DNA of 64,000 nucleotides from Desulfatiglandales bacterium (lineage in GTDB: Bacteria > Desulfobacterota > DSM-4660 > Desulfatiglandales > HGW-15), in contig CAXXJJ010000001.1 of the NCBI GenBank assembly GCA_963667015.2, positions 2,368,001 through 2,432,000 of the forward strand. Reading direction: 5' to 3'. Positions 40,209 to 50,336 of the stretch are shown one piece after another. The translations under genes were made by a program, and so were the position numbers. The number at the start of each line of letters is the position of its first letter. The first letter of the stretch is position 1. The notes beneath the pieces were generated by a model. It did no database searches and was not told where the DNA came from. It was given only the letters and a program-made list of their open reading frames with translations.

Positions 40209-41120
40209 ATGGAAAATTTTTTAATAATCCTGGCTTTCCTGCTGATAGGTAAAGCATTAAGGCATATACCGGACTTTTCCGATGAAACCGGGAATATCCT
40301 GAATCTGTTTGTAATATATATATCCCTGCCGGCACTGGTTCTTCAGAATATCCCCAGACTGGTATTTTCAAAAGACCTGCTGGTTCCCATGCTTATGCCC
40401 TGGGGCATTCTGCTTTTTTCATGTGCTGTTATACTGATTTTTTCAAAAATATTTAAATGGAACCGTTCAGCCACAGGTTGTCTTCTCCTTTTAATACCGC
40501 TTGGAAACACCTCGTTTTTAGGTATTCCAATGGTAAAGGCATTTTTTGGAGAAAATGGCATTCCATATGCACTGATATATGACCAGCTGGGTTCCTTTCT
40601 TGCCCTCGCGGTTTACGGCTCCCTTATTATAGCCCTTTATGGAACAGGAAAAAGCAGACCCACGATAAAAGGTGTCTGCACCAGGGTTGTTACATTCCCT
40701 CCCTTTATCGCTCTTGTACTCGCTCTTGCCTTAAGATCCATTACATATCCTTCCGCAGTCACCGAACTTTTAAAGATTCTGTCTTCAACCCTTGTGCCGC
40801 TGGTAATGATTGCAGTGGGTTTTCAGTTAACATTGCGGCTCAATAAAGAAGTAACCCTGCAGCTTGGCTTCGGTCTTTTAATGAAATTAATTGTGGCCCC
40901 TGCGGCTGCGCTTATATTCTGCAAAATTACAGGCATGGAAGGTGAAGCAGTGAGGGTTTCCATATTCGAATCCGGAATGCCGCCAATGGTTTCAGCAGGC
41001 GCACTGGCTGTTATAGCCAATCTTTCACCGGCACTTACTTCTGCACTGGTGGGTGTGGGAATTATTCTCAGTTTTGCCACACTGCCCATTCTTTATCAGA
41101 TACTTTCACTAATAAATTGA
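40209..41120 (+). CDS. AEC family (auxin efflux carrier-like) transporter
   Basis: About 10 TM segments; ISLPAL, GNTSFLGIP, ESGMPP. Confidence 0.85.
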   Translation: MENFLIILAFLLIGKALRHIPDFSDETGNILNLFVIYISLPALVLQNIPRLVFSKDLLVPMLMPWGILLFSCAVILIFSKIFKWNRSATGCLLLLIPLGNTSFLGIPMVKAFFGENGIPYALIYDQLGSFLALAVYGSLIIALYGTGKSRPTIKGVCTRVVTFPPFIALVLALALRSITYPSAVTELLKILSSTLVPLVMIAVGFQLTLRLNKEVTLQLGFGLLMKLIVAPAAALIFCKITGMEGEAVRVSIFESGMPPMVSAGALAVIANLSPALTSALVGVGIILSFATLPILYQILSLIN

Positions 41121-41317
41121 ATATTTCAATGTCTACAGGAGCAGGGCCATACCTGGCACGATGAAGCGTTAGCGAAGGCGGCTGCCTGCCCATTTTTTCC
41201 CAAACAAGAACTGATACAGGGTAAAATATATCATTGACATAATGAAATATACTGATATATGTTAGCATAAAAAGGCACGAAGCCTTATTAAAAGACTTAT
41301 AATTAAATAGAATTTTC

Positions 41318-41374
41318 AGCCACGAAGGCTTTTTTGAATTTTTAATTTCAAAAAAGCATTCGTGGCTTTTTTTT
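41318..41374 (+). promoter_or_regulatory. Terminator-like leader hairpin immediately upstream of cbiM
   Basis: AGCCACGAAGGCTTTTTTGAA / TTCAAAAAAGCATTCGTGGCT followed by a T run; TTGACA at 41234-39. Confidence 0.65.
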
Positions 41375-41394
41375 GGATCGAAGGGATTAATACA

Positions 41395-42006
41395 TTGCAT
41401 ATCTCAGAAGGAATTTTAACAGCACCGGTACTGCTTTCCGGAGCAGCTCTGACAGTTGCGGGAACCGCGATTGGCCTGAAAAAAATAGACTATGATCGCA
41501 TTCCTAAGGTCGCGATTCTTTCAGCGGGTTTTTTTGTAGCCTCTCTTGTGCACGTGCCTATCGGACCTTCCAGCATACACCTTGTATTAAACGGGCTTGT
41601 TGGAATTTTCCTTGGCTGGGCGGCATTTCCTGCCATCCTTGTCGGGCTGTTGCTCCAGGCAATACTTTTTCAGTATGGAGGGCTTACCTCTCTTGGTGTC
41701 AACACTCTCAACATGGCGTTTCCGGCAATAGTATGTTATCTGCTTTTAGGCAAGGGAGTAAAAAGCAGCAACTTTATTGTGTCGTCTGTTTCATCCTTTT
41801 TATGCGGATTTACTGCAGTGCTTTTAAGCAGCATCATGGTAGCCCTTTCTCTTTATTTCACGGGAGAGCAATTTCTTGCAGTTGCAAAAATGATTGTTAT
41901 TGCCAATCTACCCATAATGGTTATAGAGGGGATAGTTGCGTTTTTCTGTGTAAGATTTCTAAAAAAAGTAAAACCCGACATTCTCGAGGTTGTTTATGAA
42001 AGCTAG
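41395..42006 (+). CDS. cbiM: Cobalt/nickel ECF substrate component CbiM/NikM
   Basis: TTG start at 41395 gives the conserved MHISEG N-terminus; GPSSIHL, LLLQAILFQYGGLTSLGVN. Confidence 0.9.
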   Translation: MHISEGILTAPVLLSGAALTVAGTAIGLKKIDYDRIPKVAILSAGFFVASLVHVPIGPSSIHLVLNGLVGIFLGWAAFPAILVGLLLQAILFQYGGLTSLGVNTLNMAFPAIVCYLLLGKGVKSSNFIVSSVSSFLCGFTAVLLSSIMVALSLYFTGEQFLAVAKMIVIANLPIMVIEGIVAFFCVRFLKKVKPDILEVVYES

Positions 42007-42622
42007 TGAAAAAAGATCAATGAGACAAAAGAGTAACTGTTTTTTTACTGTCCTGACATTTATAGCTGTTTTGTTTTTTTATAGTTCTGCTGCCCATGCT
42101 CATAAGGTTTACATATTTGCATGGACAGAAGGTGATATGATTTATACTGAGAGCTACTTCGGTGGAAATAAAAAAGTTCAGGATGGGACAATAACAGTGT
42201 TTGACTCTGAAGGAAAAGGGCTTCTCAATGGCAGAACCAATGAGAATGGAGAGTTTTCTTTTAAAATCCCCAAAATTGACGACCTGAATATTGTCCTTGA
42301 ATCTTCCATGGGGCATGGCGCCGAATATCTTTTTAAAAAATCAGAATTCTCATCCGACCAGGTCCCGACAGCAGAAGTTACTTCCGATACCGGTACTACT
42401 GAAAAAACCGAAGTTCCACTCGAAGTTGCAGCCGGGCAGGATTCACTAAGGAAGGAATTTGAAGCTGCCCTTGATGTAAAGCTTAAACCCATCATAAGAG
42501 AACTTGCAAAACTCAGGGAGGATAAAGGCCCTGGGGTTACCGAAATAATCGGAGGGATCGGTTATATTCTGGGAATCATGGGGATTGTCGCCTATATGAA
42601 ATCGAAAAAAAGACAGGGGTAA
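41996..42622 (+). CDS. CbiL/NikL-like Co/Ni transport accessory component
   Basis: AHKVYIFAW..G, G.T...GEFSF, MGHGAE, C-terminal TM IIGGIGYILG. Confidence 0.75.
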   Translation: MKASEKRSMRQKSNCFFTVLTFIAVLFFYSSAAHAHKVYIFAWTEGDMIYTESYFGGNKKVQDGTITVFDSEGKGLLNGRTNENGEFSFKIPKIDDLNIVLESSMGHGAEYLFKKSEFSSDQVPTAEVTSDTGTTEKTEVPLEVAAGQDSLRKEFEAALDVKLKPIIRELAKLREDKGPGVTEIIGGIGYILGIMGIVAYMKSKKRQG

Positions 42623-42718
42623 AGGCTCAAGGAATTAATCATGATCTACGAATCAGGATTTGAAGTTCTGACTCATAAACGTTTTACAAAATAAAAATCA
42701 AATAATGTTAAAACAACC

Positions 42719-42776
42719 GCCACGAAGGCTTATTACCGGCATGAACTATGCCTGAAATGCTTTTGAGGCTTTTTTT
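42719..42776 (+). promoter_or_regulatory. Second copy of the GCCACGAAGGCTT leader hairpin, upstream of the DUF4198 gene
   Basis: GCCACGAAGGC...GCTTTTGAGGC followed by a T run; inner GGCAT/ATGCC stem. Confidence 0.55.
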
Positions 42777-42831
42777 ATTGTCAACAGTGTTATTCCAAAT
42801 AGAAATCAATTTTTTTAAGGAGAAAATAATT

Positions 42832-43602
42832 ATGAAAAAATTGAGTATCACGGCAGTATCTACAGTATTATTTCTGATGATGTGCAGCACCGGTTTAGCC
42901 CACTTCGGGATGATCATCCCTTCGGACAGCATGGTAATGCAGGGGGATGCAAGGGATCTGTCTTTGACTGCATCCTTTTCACACCCCTTTGAAATGGTTG
43001 GTATGGATATGGAAAAACCCGCAAAATTTGAACTGTTTCTCAATGGTAACAAAACCGATCTCCTTCCATCACTAAAAGAGACAAAGGCCATGGACAGGAA
43101 GGCATGGGTATCGGAATATAAAATAAAGAGACCCGGAGTCTACTGGTTTAATATGGAACCCAAACCCTACTGGGAGCCGGCAGAGGATTGCTATATAGTA
43201 CATTACACCAAAACTATCGTTGCAGCCTTTGGCGCGGATGAAGGCTGGGATGAACCCCTTGGACTAAAAACCGAGATTGTTCCTGTTACCAGACCATTCG
43301 GGCTTTATGCAGGAAATGTCTTTCAGGGGATCGTGCTTGTTGACGGAAAGCCCGCACCTGGAACAGAGGTGGAAATAGAGTATTATAATAAAGATAAAAA
43401 GGGTGAAGCTCCCAATGACTATTTTGTTACCCAGGTGGTAAAGGCAGATAAAAACGGCGTATTTACATATGCAGTGCCAAAGGCCGGCTGGTGGGGTTTT
43501 GCAGGGCTTAACACATCCGATAAAAAGATAAAGCATGACGGAGAAGACAAGGATGTGGAGATAGGTGCAGTTCTCTGGATAGAGTTCAAAGAGATGAAAT
43601 AA
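42832..43602 (+). CDS. DUF4198 / NikK-like periplasmic nickel uptake component
   Basis: Signal peptide then [40 protein letters not shown] before ATG 42832. Confidence 0.85.
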   Translation: MKKLSITAVSTVLFLMMCSTGLAHFGMIIPSDSMVMQGDARDLSLTASFSHPFEMVGMDMEKPAKFELFLNGNKTDLLPSLKETKAMDRKAWVSEYKIKRPGVYWFNMEPKPYWEPAEDCYIVHYTKTIVAAFGADEGWDEPLGLKTEIVPVTRPFGLYAGNVFQGIVLVDGKPAPGTEVEIEYYNKDKKGEAPNDYFVTQVVKADKNGVFTYAVPKAGWWGFAGLNTSDKKIKHDGEDKDVEIGAVLWIEFKEMK

Positions 43603-43724
43603 CAGCGGAAAAAATTATTAAAAACTATTTCATATATCTGGAAGCCCTTTTAAGCGCAAGGCATACAGTGCCCCTAAAGGGTCTTCATTTAGAGTGAAAG
43701 CCTTATAACTCTCTTAAAGGCAAG

Positions 43725-43850
43725 ATCTCTCCTGGAATTTATCCCGCTGTTTTCTGGCGGGAGTCGAGATGACAGTAACGCATGACACGACAATAGGGCC
43801 AGAGGGAATCCAGACACCGAACGTCATTCCAGTGAAGACGGGAATCCAAT
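43725..43850. repeat. Intergenic repeats related to the 39.3-39.6 kb mosaic
   Basis: ATCTCTCCTGGAATTTATCCCGCTG (inverse of 39349-73); CGTCATTCCAGTGAAGACGGGAATCCA. Confidence 0.65.
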
Positions 43851-43996
43851 TGTTTTTTTGTGATTTATTGAATCTATCAGGAACGAAGGTCTGACACTGG
43901 TTAATTTGTTTTTAAAGGTTTTGACAAGTAATCAAAATATCGATTTTATGACAATCTTTCTGTATAACATTCAAAATGTAAAGATATCTGGAACTG

Positions 43997-44863
43997 GTGA
44001 ATGACGTGTTATACCATCAAAAAATGACACTTTTAAAAATGAGAAAGAGACTAAAATATATAATTGCAATAGGTGCAATTTTTATCTTGGGAATTATTGT
44101 TTATAGCTTTCTATATGGCAAACTGTTCCCTTACTCCCCCGTCATTATCGGGTTTTCTAAAAATGAATTAACCAACACTGTTATTTATATTCAAAAAGGC
44201 ACCGAATACCCTGACCTCATTAAAATTGATTCTTTGATCCCTGGCGTTGAAAAATTTCATGGATGGAAGTTTTTAAATAAGCCAAGAATATTTATTTTTA
44301 AAGACAAAAACAGTTATTATAAACGCTCAATTTCCAAGGCACGGTTCTGTGCCTTTTATAATGGCGATTTAATTGTTTCTCCGTGGGCATTAAAAGAAGC
44401 AGAAGATGGTAAAATTTCTTTAGAAATTTATCTTACACATGAATTGTCCCATTGTTTACTTCATCAGCATTCAGGTATTTTGCGAGCTTTTAAATATCCG
44501 GAATGGTTACTTGAAGGTATCGCTGTTTATGGTGCAAACCAAATGGGAACATCATGGTATCCTTCAAAAAAAGAAACATATAATTATATTCGAAAAGGCA
44601 ATTTTATGCCTCCCGAATATTTCAAGACAAATAAAGAAGACCAGATCAATCTTGATGTTCAATACAGAATTACATTCATGTATTCTGAATTTGCGTGCAT
44701 TGTTGATTATCTTATAGAAAAATATGGAAAGGAATATTTTTTATCATATATGAAAGAGCTCACAAATAACAGCAACCATGATATGGTTTTTAAGAATGTT
44801 TACAGTATTGAGTTTGGTAAATGTATCCAGGATTTCAGAGAATCAATAATGCGCCAACCATAA
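43997..44863 (+). CDS. Membrane-anchored putative zinc metallopeptidase (gluzincin-like)
   Basis: N-terminal TM, THELSH...PEWLLEGIAVY; AT-rich; true start probably 44024 or 44039. Confidence 0.7.
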   Translation: MNDVLYHQKMTLLKMRKRLKYIIAIGAIFILGIIVYSFLYGKLFPYSPVIIGFSKNELTNTVIYIQKGTEYPDLIKIDSLIPGVEKFHGWKFLNKPRIFIFKDKNSYYKRSISKARFCAFYNGDLIVSPWALKEAEDGKISLEIYLTHELSHCLLHQHSGILRAFKYPEWLLEGIAVYGANQMGTSWYPSKKETYNYIRKGNFMPPEYFKTNKEDQINLDVQYRITFMYSEFACIVDYLIEKYGKEYFLSYMKELTNNSNHDMVFKNVYSIEFGKCIQDFRESIMRQP

Positions 44864-44960
44864 GACTGGTATACCCCTTTGCTTGTAAGGACGAGCAAAA
44901 CTACCGCGCGCCTCACAGCAATACGCTGAGTCTGTCCAAAAACACTATTGTAAAATTTAA

Positions 44961-45611
44961 ATGAGCAGTGCAGTTAAAAACGGCTTTCAAAAATGCACCA
45001 CAATCGACGATCTCCAAAAAAGTCTTTCAGAAGGAGCCGTCTCCGTGGACGTGAACATTGAAAAAGACACTCAAAATTCAGCAGCAGGATTGATATATCA
45101 AATTAACTCCGACACAAATAATTATTATGCTTTTGTTCTATCTAAACCTAATACCTATGCAATATATCAAAGGACACAGGAAGGTTTAAAGAAAATGGTG
45201 GGTGGAACCGCCAAAGAGATTTATCCAAACAGGAACAATAAGTTAACCATAATTACCTGTGGAAAGGTAAAGATGGGCTCAGGAAAATATTCATCTTCAG
45301 ATGCCTTAGTCTTGTATTTGCTGAAATTTCAGAAGAGATATACAATTTGTCCGCCCTTTGAGGTTGTTTCCAATATATTGACCAAATTGAATGACAAAGA
45401 AATCAACAAAAAAGCAGTAGCTCTATTCTGGATGCAATACAGCACAACATCGGATGTAAACGAAGGTATTGGAAAGCCAACATTTTTAAAGGATATTTTT
45501 GAGTGGTACATCCTTGTCAAGCAGACAGAAAAGATGAAGATAAGCAATGCTCGTCTAAAAGGATATGTAGGGGCGGAAGAAGCCTGGAGAAAGGCGATGA
45601 ATTCTCAGTAG
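44961..45611 (+). CDS. Hypothetical protein, possibly chimeric or fragmentary
   Basis: 216-aa ORF with weak RBS; beta-rich N-half (AGLIY...NYYAF) and an unrelated-looking C-half. Confidence 0.4.
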   Translation: MSSAVKNGFQKCTTIDDLQKSLSEGAVSVDVNIEKDTQNSAAGLIYQINSDTNNYYAFVLSKPNTYAIYQRTQEGLKKMVGGTAKEIYPNRNNKLTIITCGKVKMGSGKYSSSDALVLYLLKFQKRYTICPPFEVVSNILTKLNDKEINKKAVALFWMQYSTTSDVNEGIGKPTFLKDIFEWYILVKQTEKMKISNARLKGYVGAEEAWRKAMNSQ

Positions 45612-45758
45612 AAGTCCTGGGAAAGATCCACACAAAGAGAAGGTGAATATCTATTAAAACGTGATTGGATAGATTGGGGGCAAATTGAAATATTGAATTT
45701 TTTTGGCAAAAAACAATAAAGTAAAGGGGGCTGCGAATAACTCTTAATGCTTGGGGAT

Positions 45759-47009
45759 TTAAGGAGCTGCAATTGATGTTGTTTTCTTGAATCTTAAAGC
45801 CAGTATGAATGCAAAGATACTGAATATAAATGCCAGCAGGATTGCATATTGATAGTGCGACGTAAGGTCATAGATTTTACCGCCAGTATAGGGCCCCATG
45901 GCACCGAGGATATTACTTACAAAAATCAAAAGACCCATGAGCGCTGCCATTGATTTAACCCCGAAAAGTCCCCCTATAAAGAGAGGCATCTGCGGAATTT
46001 CACCTCCATAGGCAAAACCGAAAATTATGGCAAAGATATAGAAATCAGCCGCAGAACGACAGAAAAAGAGCCAGAAAAGGGAGATAATCCTAAGTACATT
46101 GCATATTAAGAGTGAATTGTGTGTACCTATCCTTGCGCTTGCACTTCCCATTACGAGCCGTCCGGCTATGCTTACAACACCTATGGTGCTTATAAACCCG
46201 GCTGCCTTCATTGAGGATATACCCATGTCCGTTGCATAGTTTACAAGGTGGATCATTATCATATGCATACAGAACAGGATAAAGGAAAAGATCGTATTGA
46301 GCATCAGCATCTCCTTGCTGAATGCGGCTTCCTTAAATGATTTTTCAGGTACAGTATTTAAAATAATGCTGCTTTCGGATATGTCCTTTCCGCTCTCCTG
46401 TGGAGGCAGTCTCAGCAGGAAAGATGTTGATATGATCAGGAGGCCTGCACACAATCCCAATGCAATAAAAACGAACTGCCAGCCGTAAGTATTTATAAGC
46501 CTCTCGGAAAGTGGAACAATGGTGAGTGTACCCAGTCCGGAACCAGTTGATGTGATAGCAAGGGCTATGGCACGTTTTCTGTTGAACCACCTTGATGTTA
46601 CAGCACTGCCTATTGTAAATGACCCGCTGAGACCGATGCTAAGTATCAGGCCATAGGTAAGGTAAAACTGCCATAACTGGTTTACATATCCTGAAAGGAT
46701 CAACCCCAGGGCCAGCATTATTCCGCAGAAGGAAGTCATCTTTATGGGGCCGTAGCGGTCGGAAAGCCAGCCGGTAAGGATGGATACTGCCCCTCTTAAA
46801 ACGAGTGAAATCGAATAAACCGATGAAACCGTTGCCCTGTCCCACTCAAATGTATCGATGATAGGCTTGAAGAATACACTGTAGCTGTACATTATCCCAT
46901 AGCCGATTCCCATGAGGAGGGTGGCCACGAATACAATGACCCAGCCATAGTAGATGCTGGTGGCTGACGTAAATCTGTCGGTAAAATATGGTTTAGGTGG
47001 TGCTGCCAT
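45759..47009 (-). CDS. MFS transporter (MCT/OFA-like)
   Basis: YYGWVIV, GWLSDRYGP, SRWFNRKRA, about 12 TM segments. Confidence 0.9.
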   Translation of the reverse strand: MAAPPKPYFTDRFTSATSIYYGWVIVFVATLLMGIGYGIMYSYSVFFKPIIDTFEWDRATVSSVYSISLVLRGAVSILTGWLSDRYGPIKMTSFCGIMLALGLILSGYVNQLWQFYLTYGLILSIGLSGSFTIGSAVTSRWFNRKRAIALAITSTGSGLGTLTIVPLSERLINTYGWQFVFIALGLCAGLLIISTSFLLRLPPQESGKDISESSIILNTVPEKSFKEAAFSKEMLMLNTIFSFILFCMHMIMIHLVNYATDMGISSMKAAGFISTIGVVSIAGRLVMGSASARIGTHNSLLICNVLRIISLFWLFFCRSAADFYIFAIIFGFAYGGEIPQMPLFIGGLFGVKSMAALMGLLIFVSNILGAMGPYTGGKIYDLTSHYQYAILLAFIFSIFAFILALRFKKTTSIAAP

Positions 47010-47018
47010 ATATTGAAT

Positions 47019-47049
47019 AAGCCACCCTGCCTTTAAGGCGGGGTGGCTT
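47019..47049 (-). terminator. Hairpin downstream of the UPF0182 gene
   Basis: AAGCCACCCTGCCTT-T-AAGGCGGGGTGGCTT. Confidence 0.65.
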
Positions 47050-47104
47050 TATGTCCTGCTTAATCCGGTGTTTTTAGCTGAATGCCTTCGTCAGGTGACG
47101 ATTG

Positions 47105-49963
47105 CTATTTCTCCTTCTCTGACATTGTTGTCAGTATCTTTTCAAGCTCTTCAAGCTCTTTACCATATCCTGCCCAGTTTTCCTGACGAAGGTATTCCTT
47201 TGCCTTCCTGTAATGGGCAAGGGCCTCTTTCGCTGTTTCTGAAAGGCTAGATTCGGAACCTGCCACAGGGATAATGGTTTCGGTTGTGACGGGTTGTTCC
47301 GGGATTATTTCTGTCCCGAGTATCTCTCTTAATGCTTCATCCAGTTTCTCATGCATTACCAGCTTGTTTCCAAAGGCTAATATGACCCTCTTCAGCTCCG
47401 GAAGTGATGCCGATGCCTTGGCATTTCTTCTTCCCGCCACACCCTGGTTTCCGGCCTGGGGTTTGGGGAAGAATCCCTTCTGGGCGGGTGCAGGTGCCGG
47501 CCCGGAAGTTGATTCCTGCTTTGCCTCGAGATAGACCGGTTCGGCATATATAAAGGAATCTCCAAGGGGTATGGCAAGCAGGTTTCCCCTGATTACCCTT
47601 GATCCCCTCTGGTCCCAGAGACTCAGTTCCCTTGAAATTTCTGTCTGCTGGTCAATCCTTGCCTCTATCTGCATTGGCCCGTATACCAGTTTTCCTTTAG
47701 GTAGTTTATATTCAAACAGGTTTCCATAATCAGGCTGATCGCATCTTGCCGCAAGCCACCCCAGCATATTATCTTTCTGATAGGGGGTAAAAGGCAGCAT
47801 AAGAAGAAATTCCTCTTTTTCTTCATCCGGCAGTTTGATTATTATATAGTAGGGCTCCATCTCAAGACGGGTATCTCCATAGAGCTCATCCGGTTTCTGC
47901 CATAGATCTTCCTGGTTGTAAAATACCTGCACATCGGTCATATGATATTTTGTATATGTGCCCACCTGGATTTTAAAGAGGTCCTTGGGATATCTTACAT
48001 GTTTTTTCAGACCCTCGGGCATGGCCTCAAAGGGTTTAAAGAGATAGGGGAAAATGGATTTATATGTTTTAAGTATAGGATCCTTTTCATCCATGGAATA
48101 AAAATCTACCTTTCCATTATAGGCGTCAACAACAACCTTTACGGAATTTCGGATGTAATTGATGTATTTACTGGTTCCGGGTATCTGGGACCTTACAGAG
48201 TACGGGTACATGTCCGAAGTAGTGTATGCATCCATAATCCAGAAAAGCCTGCCATTGGATACAACCATGTAGGGATCGCTGTCATACTGAAGGAAAGGAG
48301 CTATAATATTAAGCCTGTTCCTGATCCTCCTGTTATACATAATACGGCTTTCAGGTGTAAGGGATGTGGTAAAGAGAATCTGCGGGTCCATAAACTCAAT
48401 GGCAAACAGTAGCTTTTTTATAAACGTGCCTATGGGTACGCCACCTTCTCCCTGATAAATGGTAAAGATATTCTTGTCTCCCTTACCATAATCGAATTCC
48501 TCTTCCTTTGTTTTTATGAGGATATAATCCTCTGTGCTTTCACCAAAATATATTTCAGGCCTGTCTACCCGCATGTCAGCATCGGAGACAGGCGGAATGT
48601 CCTTTAAAATAAGGTGTGGAAGCCCTTCCTTTGTGACTTCATTGACAGTACTTGAGACAAGACCATAACCATGGGTATATTTAAGGTGCCTGTTGACCCA
48701 TGTGTTTGCCTGGGGTGGAAGCTTACTGGCAACGAGTTCTCTTGCTGAAAGCATTATCTGGCGATATTTGCCGTTAATCTGATACCTGTCTACATCTACG
48801 TTGTTAAAGTCATAGTAGAGCCTGATTGCTTCGAGCTGTTTGTAGGTCTGGAGAAGCGGTCTTTCATCCCATACCCTGATATTTTCAATTGTAGCTTCGT
48901 TTTCAGCCAGAGTTTCAGGTGATATGCTATCGCTTACATAGAATGGAACCTCTTTCATTTTATTGAGGTTATATGCCTCGCGGGTAAACTTGATGTTATG
49001 CTCGATATATGGAGCTTCCTTTGCAAGTTCATTCGGCTTTACAATAAATTTCTGGGCCATTGGCGGGATGACATAGGAAAGGAGAACAATGGCACCGATC
49101 CAGACGATTCCTCCCTTCAGGATCATCTTCATGTTGGGTTTTATGGCGTTATATATGAGCAGCCCTGCAAACAGGAGAGAAATAACCATGAGTATCCTGT
49201 AGGCAAGTACCTTTATATTTACATCTGTATAACTCGCTCCAAATGCAGGTCCCTGGATTGAAAACAGGAGTTCGTATATCTTAAGGAAAAATCCCCATGA
49301 TATAAAAAGCATGATTATGCCGCACAGGAATATAAGGTGTCTTTTTGCATTATGAGCAATTTTTATCGTGGGAGGGGCTGGCGGTGCCCCGTCCATGGGC
49401 ATATCTCCCTCTATCTGGATTGCTCCGGTTTTGAGGTACCAGATGGCTGTAATAGCCGTTGAAACTGCAATAAGGAAAATAAGTCCGTTTTTTATAAGGA
49501 TCTGAAATGGAAGTGTAAACATGTAGAAACCAATATCCCTGTTAAAAACCGGGTCAACAGTCCCAAAGGGTTCCTGATACAGGTATCTTAAAATAAGATC
49601 CCAGTGCTTGGAGCTTTTATATGCTACTACAAAGCTGAGAATAAGTATAAGGGCAAGGATGAGGGTATTGAGCGTTTTGTCTGACATTCCAAACTGGGCG
49701 GCATAGTTGCTCTTTTCAGTGACTGATGTACCGGAAGCGCCCGGGTTAAGCCGTTTACCGGCAAAAATATTCACTGAGATAAGGGTTATGAGAAGCAGCC
49801 AGACGATCACTCCGAAACCGTATTTACTGAAGAGCATCTTCATGAATACCGGTGAAAATCCCAGGTTGTCAAACCAGAGCCAGTCCGGATAAAGTGAGAT
49901 TACCGACCATAAAATAAATACTATAATAAGGCCAAATCCTATCAGCAGCCGCTTTTTGTCCAT
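47105..49963 (-). CDS. UPF0182 family membrane protein
   Basis: DWLWF, DPVFNRDIGFY, GASYTD, DVDRY, YTHGYG, NYIRNSVK, VIRGNLL. Confidence 0.95.
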   Translation of the reverse strand: MDKKRLLIGFGLIIVFILWSVISLYPDWLWFDNLGFSPVFMKMLFSKYGFGVIVWLLLITLISVNIFAGKRLNPGASGTSVTEKSNYAAQFGMSDKTLNTLILALILILSFVVAYKSSKHWDLILRYLYQEPFGTVDPVFNRDIGFYMFTLPFQILIKNGLIFLIAVSTAITAIWYLKTGAIQIEGDMPMDGAPPAPPTIKIAHNAKRHLIFLCGIIMLFISWGFFLKIYELLFSIQGPAFGASYTDVNIKVLAYRILMVISLLFAGLLIYNAIKPNMKMILKGGIVWIGAIVLLSYVIPPMAQKFIVKPNELAKEAPYIEHNIKFTREAYNLNKMKEVPFYVSDSISPETLAENEATIENIRVWDERPLLQTYKQLEAIRLYYDFNNVDVDRYQINGKYRQIMLSARELVASKLPPQANTWVNRHLKYTHGYGLVSSTVNEVTKEGLPHLILKDIPPVSDADMRVDRPEIYFGESTEDYILIKTKEEEFDYGKGDKNIFTIYQGEGGVPIGTFIKKLLFAIEFMDPQILFTTSLTPESRIMYNRRIRNRLNIIAPFLQYDSDPYMVVSNGRLFWIMDAYTTSDMYPYSVRSQIPGTSKYINYIRNSVKVVVDAYNGKVDFYSMDEKDPILKTYKSIFPYLFKPFEAMPEGLKKHVRYPKDLFKIQVGTYTKYHMTDVQVFYNQEDLWQKPDELYGDTRLEMEPYYIIIKLPDEEKEEFLLMLPFTPYQKDNMLGWLAARCDQPDYGNLFEYKLPKGKLVYGPMQIEARIDQQTEISRELSLWDQRGSRVIRGNLLAIPLGDSFIYAEPVYLEAKQESTSGPAPAPAQKGFFPKPQAGNQGVAGRRNAKASASLPELKRVILAFGNKLVMHEKLDEALREILGTEIIPEQPVTTETIIPVAGSESSLSETAKEALAHYRKAKEYLRQENWAGYGKELEELEKILTTMSEKEK

Positions 49964-50122
49964 AAATATCTCTCCTTGGTATGTACGTGTGAAAAGGGCA
50001 CCCTAGCATGTATGTAATTAAAAAGGAAGAAGATTATCTTGCAATAAAACCCTTGACATTGAAGCAGGTAATGGATTAAATTTCCTGAAAAATCAGGAAA
50101 GTTGTTTAGATACAGGAACGAA

Positions 50123-50197
50123 ATGACAAAGAATATAATAAAAAACAGATTTTGGTGGTGGCGCTGGTGGAACAGGGAGGGGTTTGTCGTCCTTTAG
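50123..50197 (+). CDS. Trp-rich attenuator leader peptide
   Basis: MTKNIIKNRFWWWRWWNREGFVVL*, 5 Trp in 6 codons; TTGACA-N17-TTAAAT promoter at 50053-81. Confidence 0.85.
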   Translation: MTKNIIKNRFWWWRWWNREGFVVL

Positions 50198-50232
50198 AAT
50201 TTTACCTTTGTCATTCAGGAAATATAATAGGG

Positions 50233-50302
50233 ACCGCGGACTTCGAAACATTTCCCGCGGTTTTTTGTTTTAAAGGCTGTGGGAAACCATCAGCCTTTTT
50301 TT
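50233..50302 (+). terminator. Two tandem attenuator terminator hairpins
   Basis: ACCGCGG...CCGCGGTTTTTT and AAAGGCTG...CAGCCTTTTTTT between the leader and DAHP synthase. Confidence 0.8.
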
Positions 50303-50336
50303 TGGCCTGAAGAAAAACATTATAGGGAGATAAAAA

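Noticed and set aside
41221..41395. Cobalamin or NiCo riboswitch, or NikR box, before cbiM
   Set aside because: No B12-box or czcD-motif consensus; the inverted repeats near the promoter are imperfect and AT-rich, so cannot be assigned
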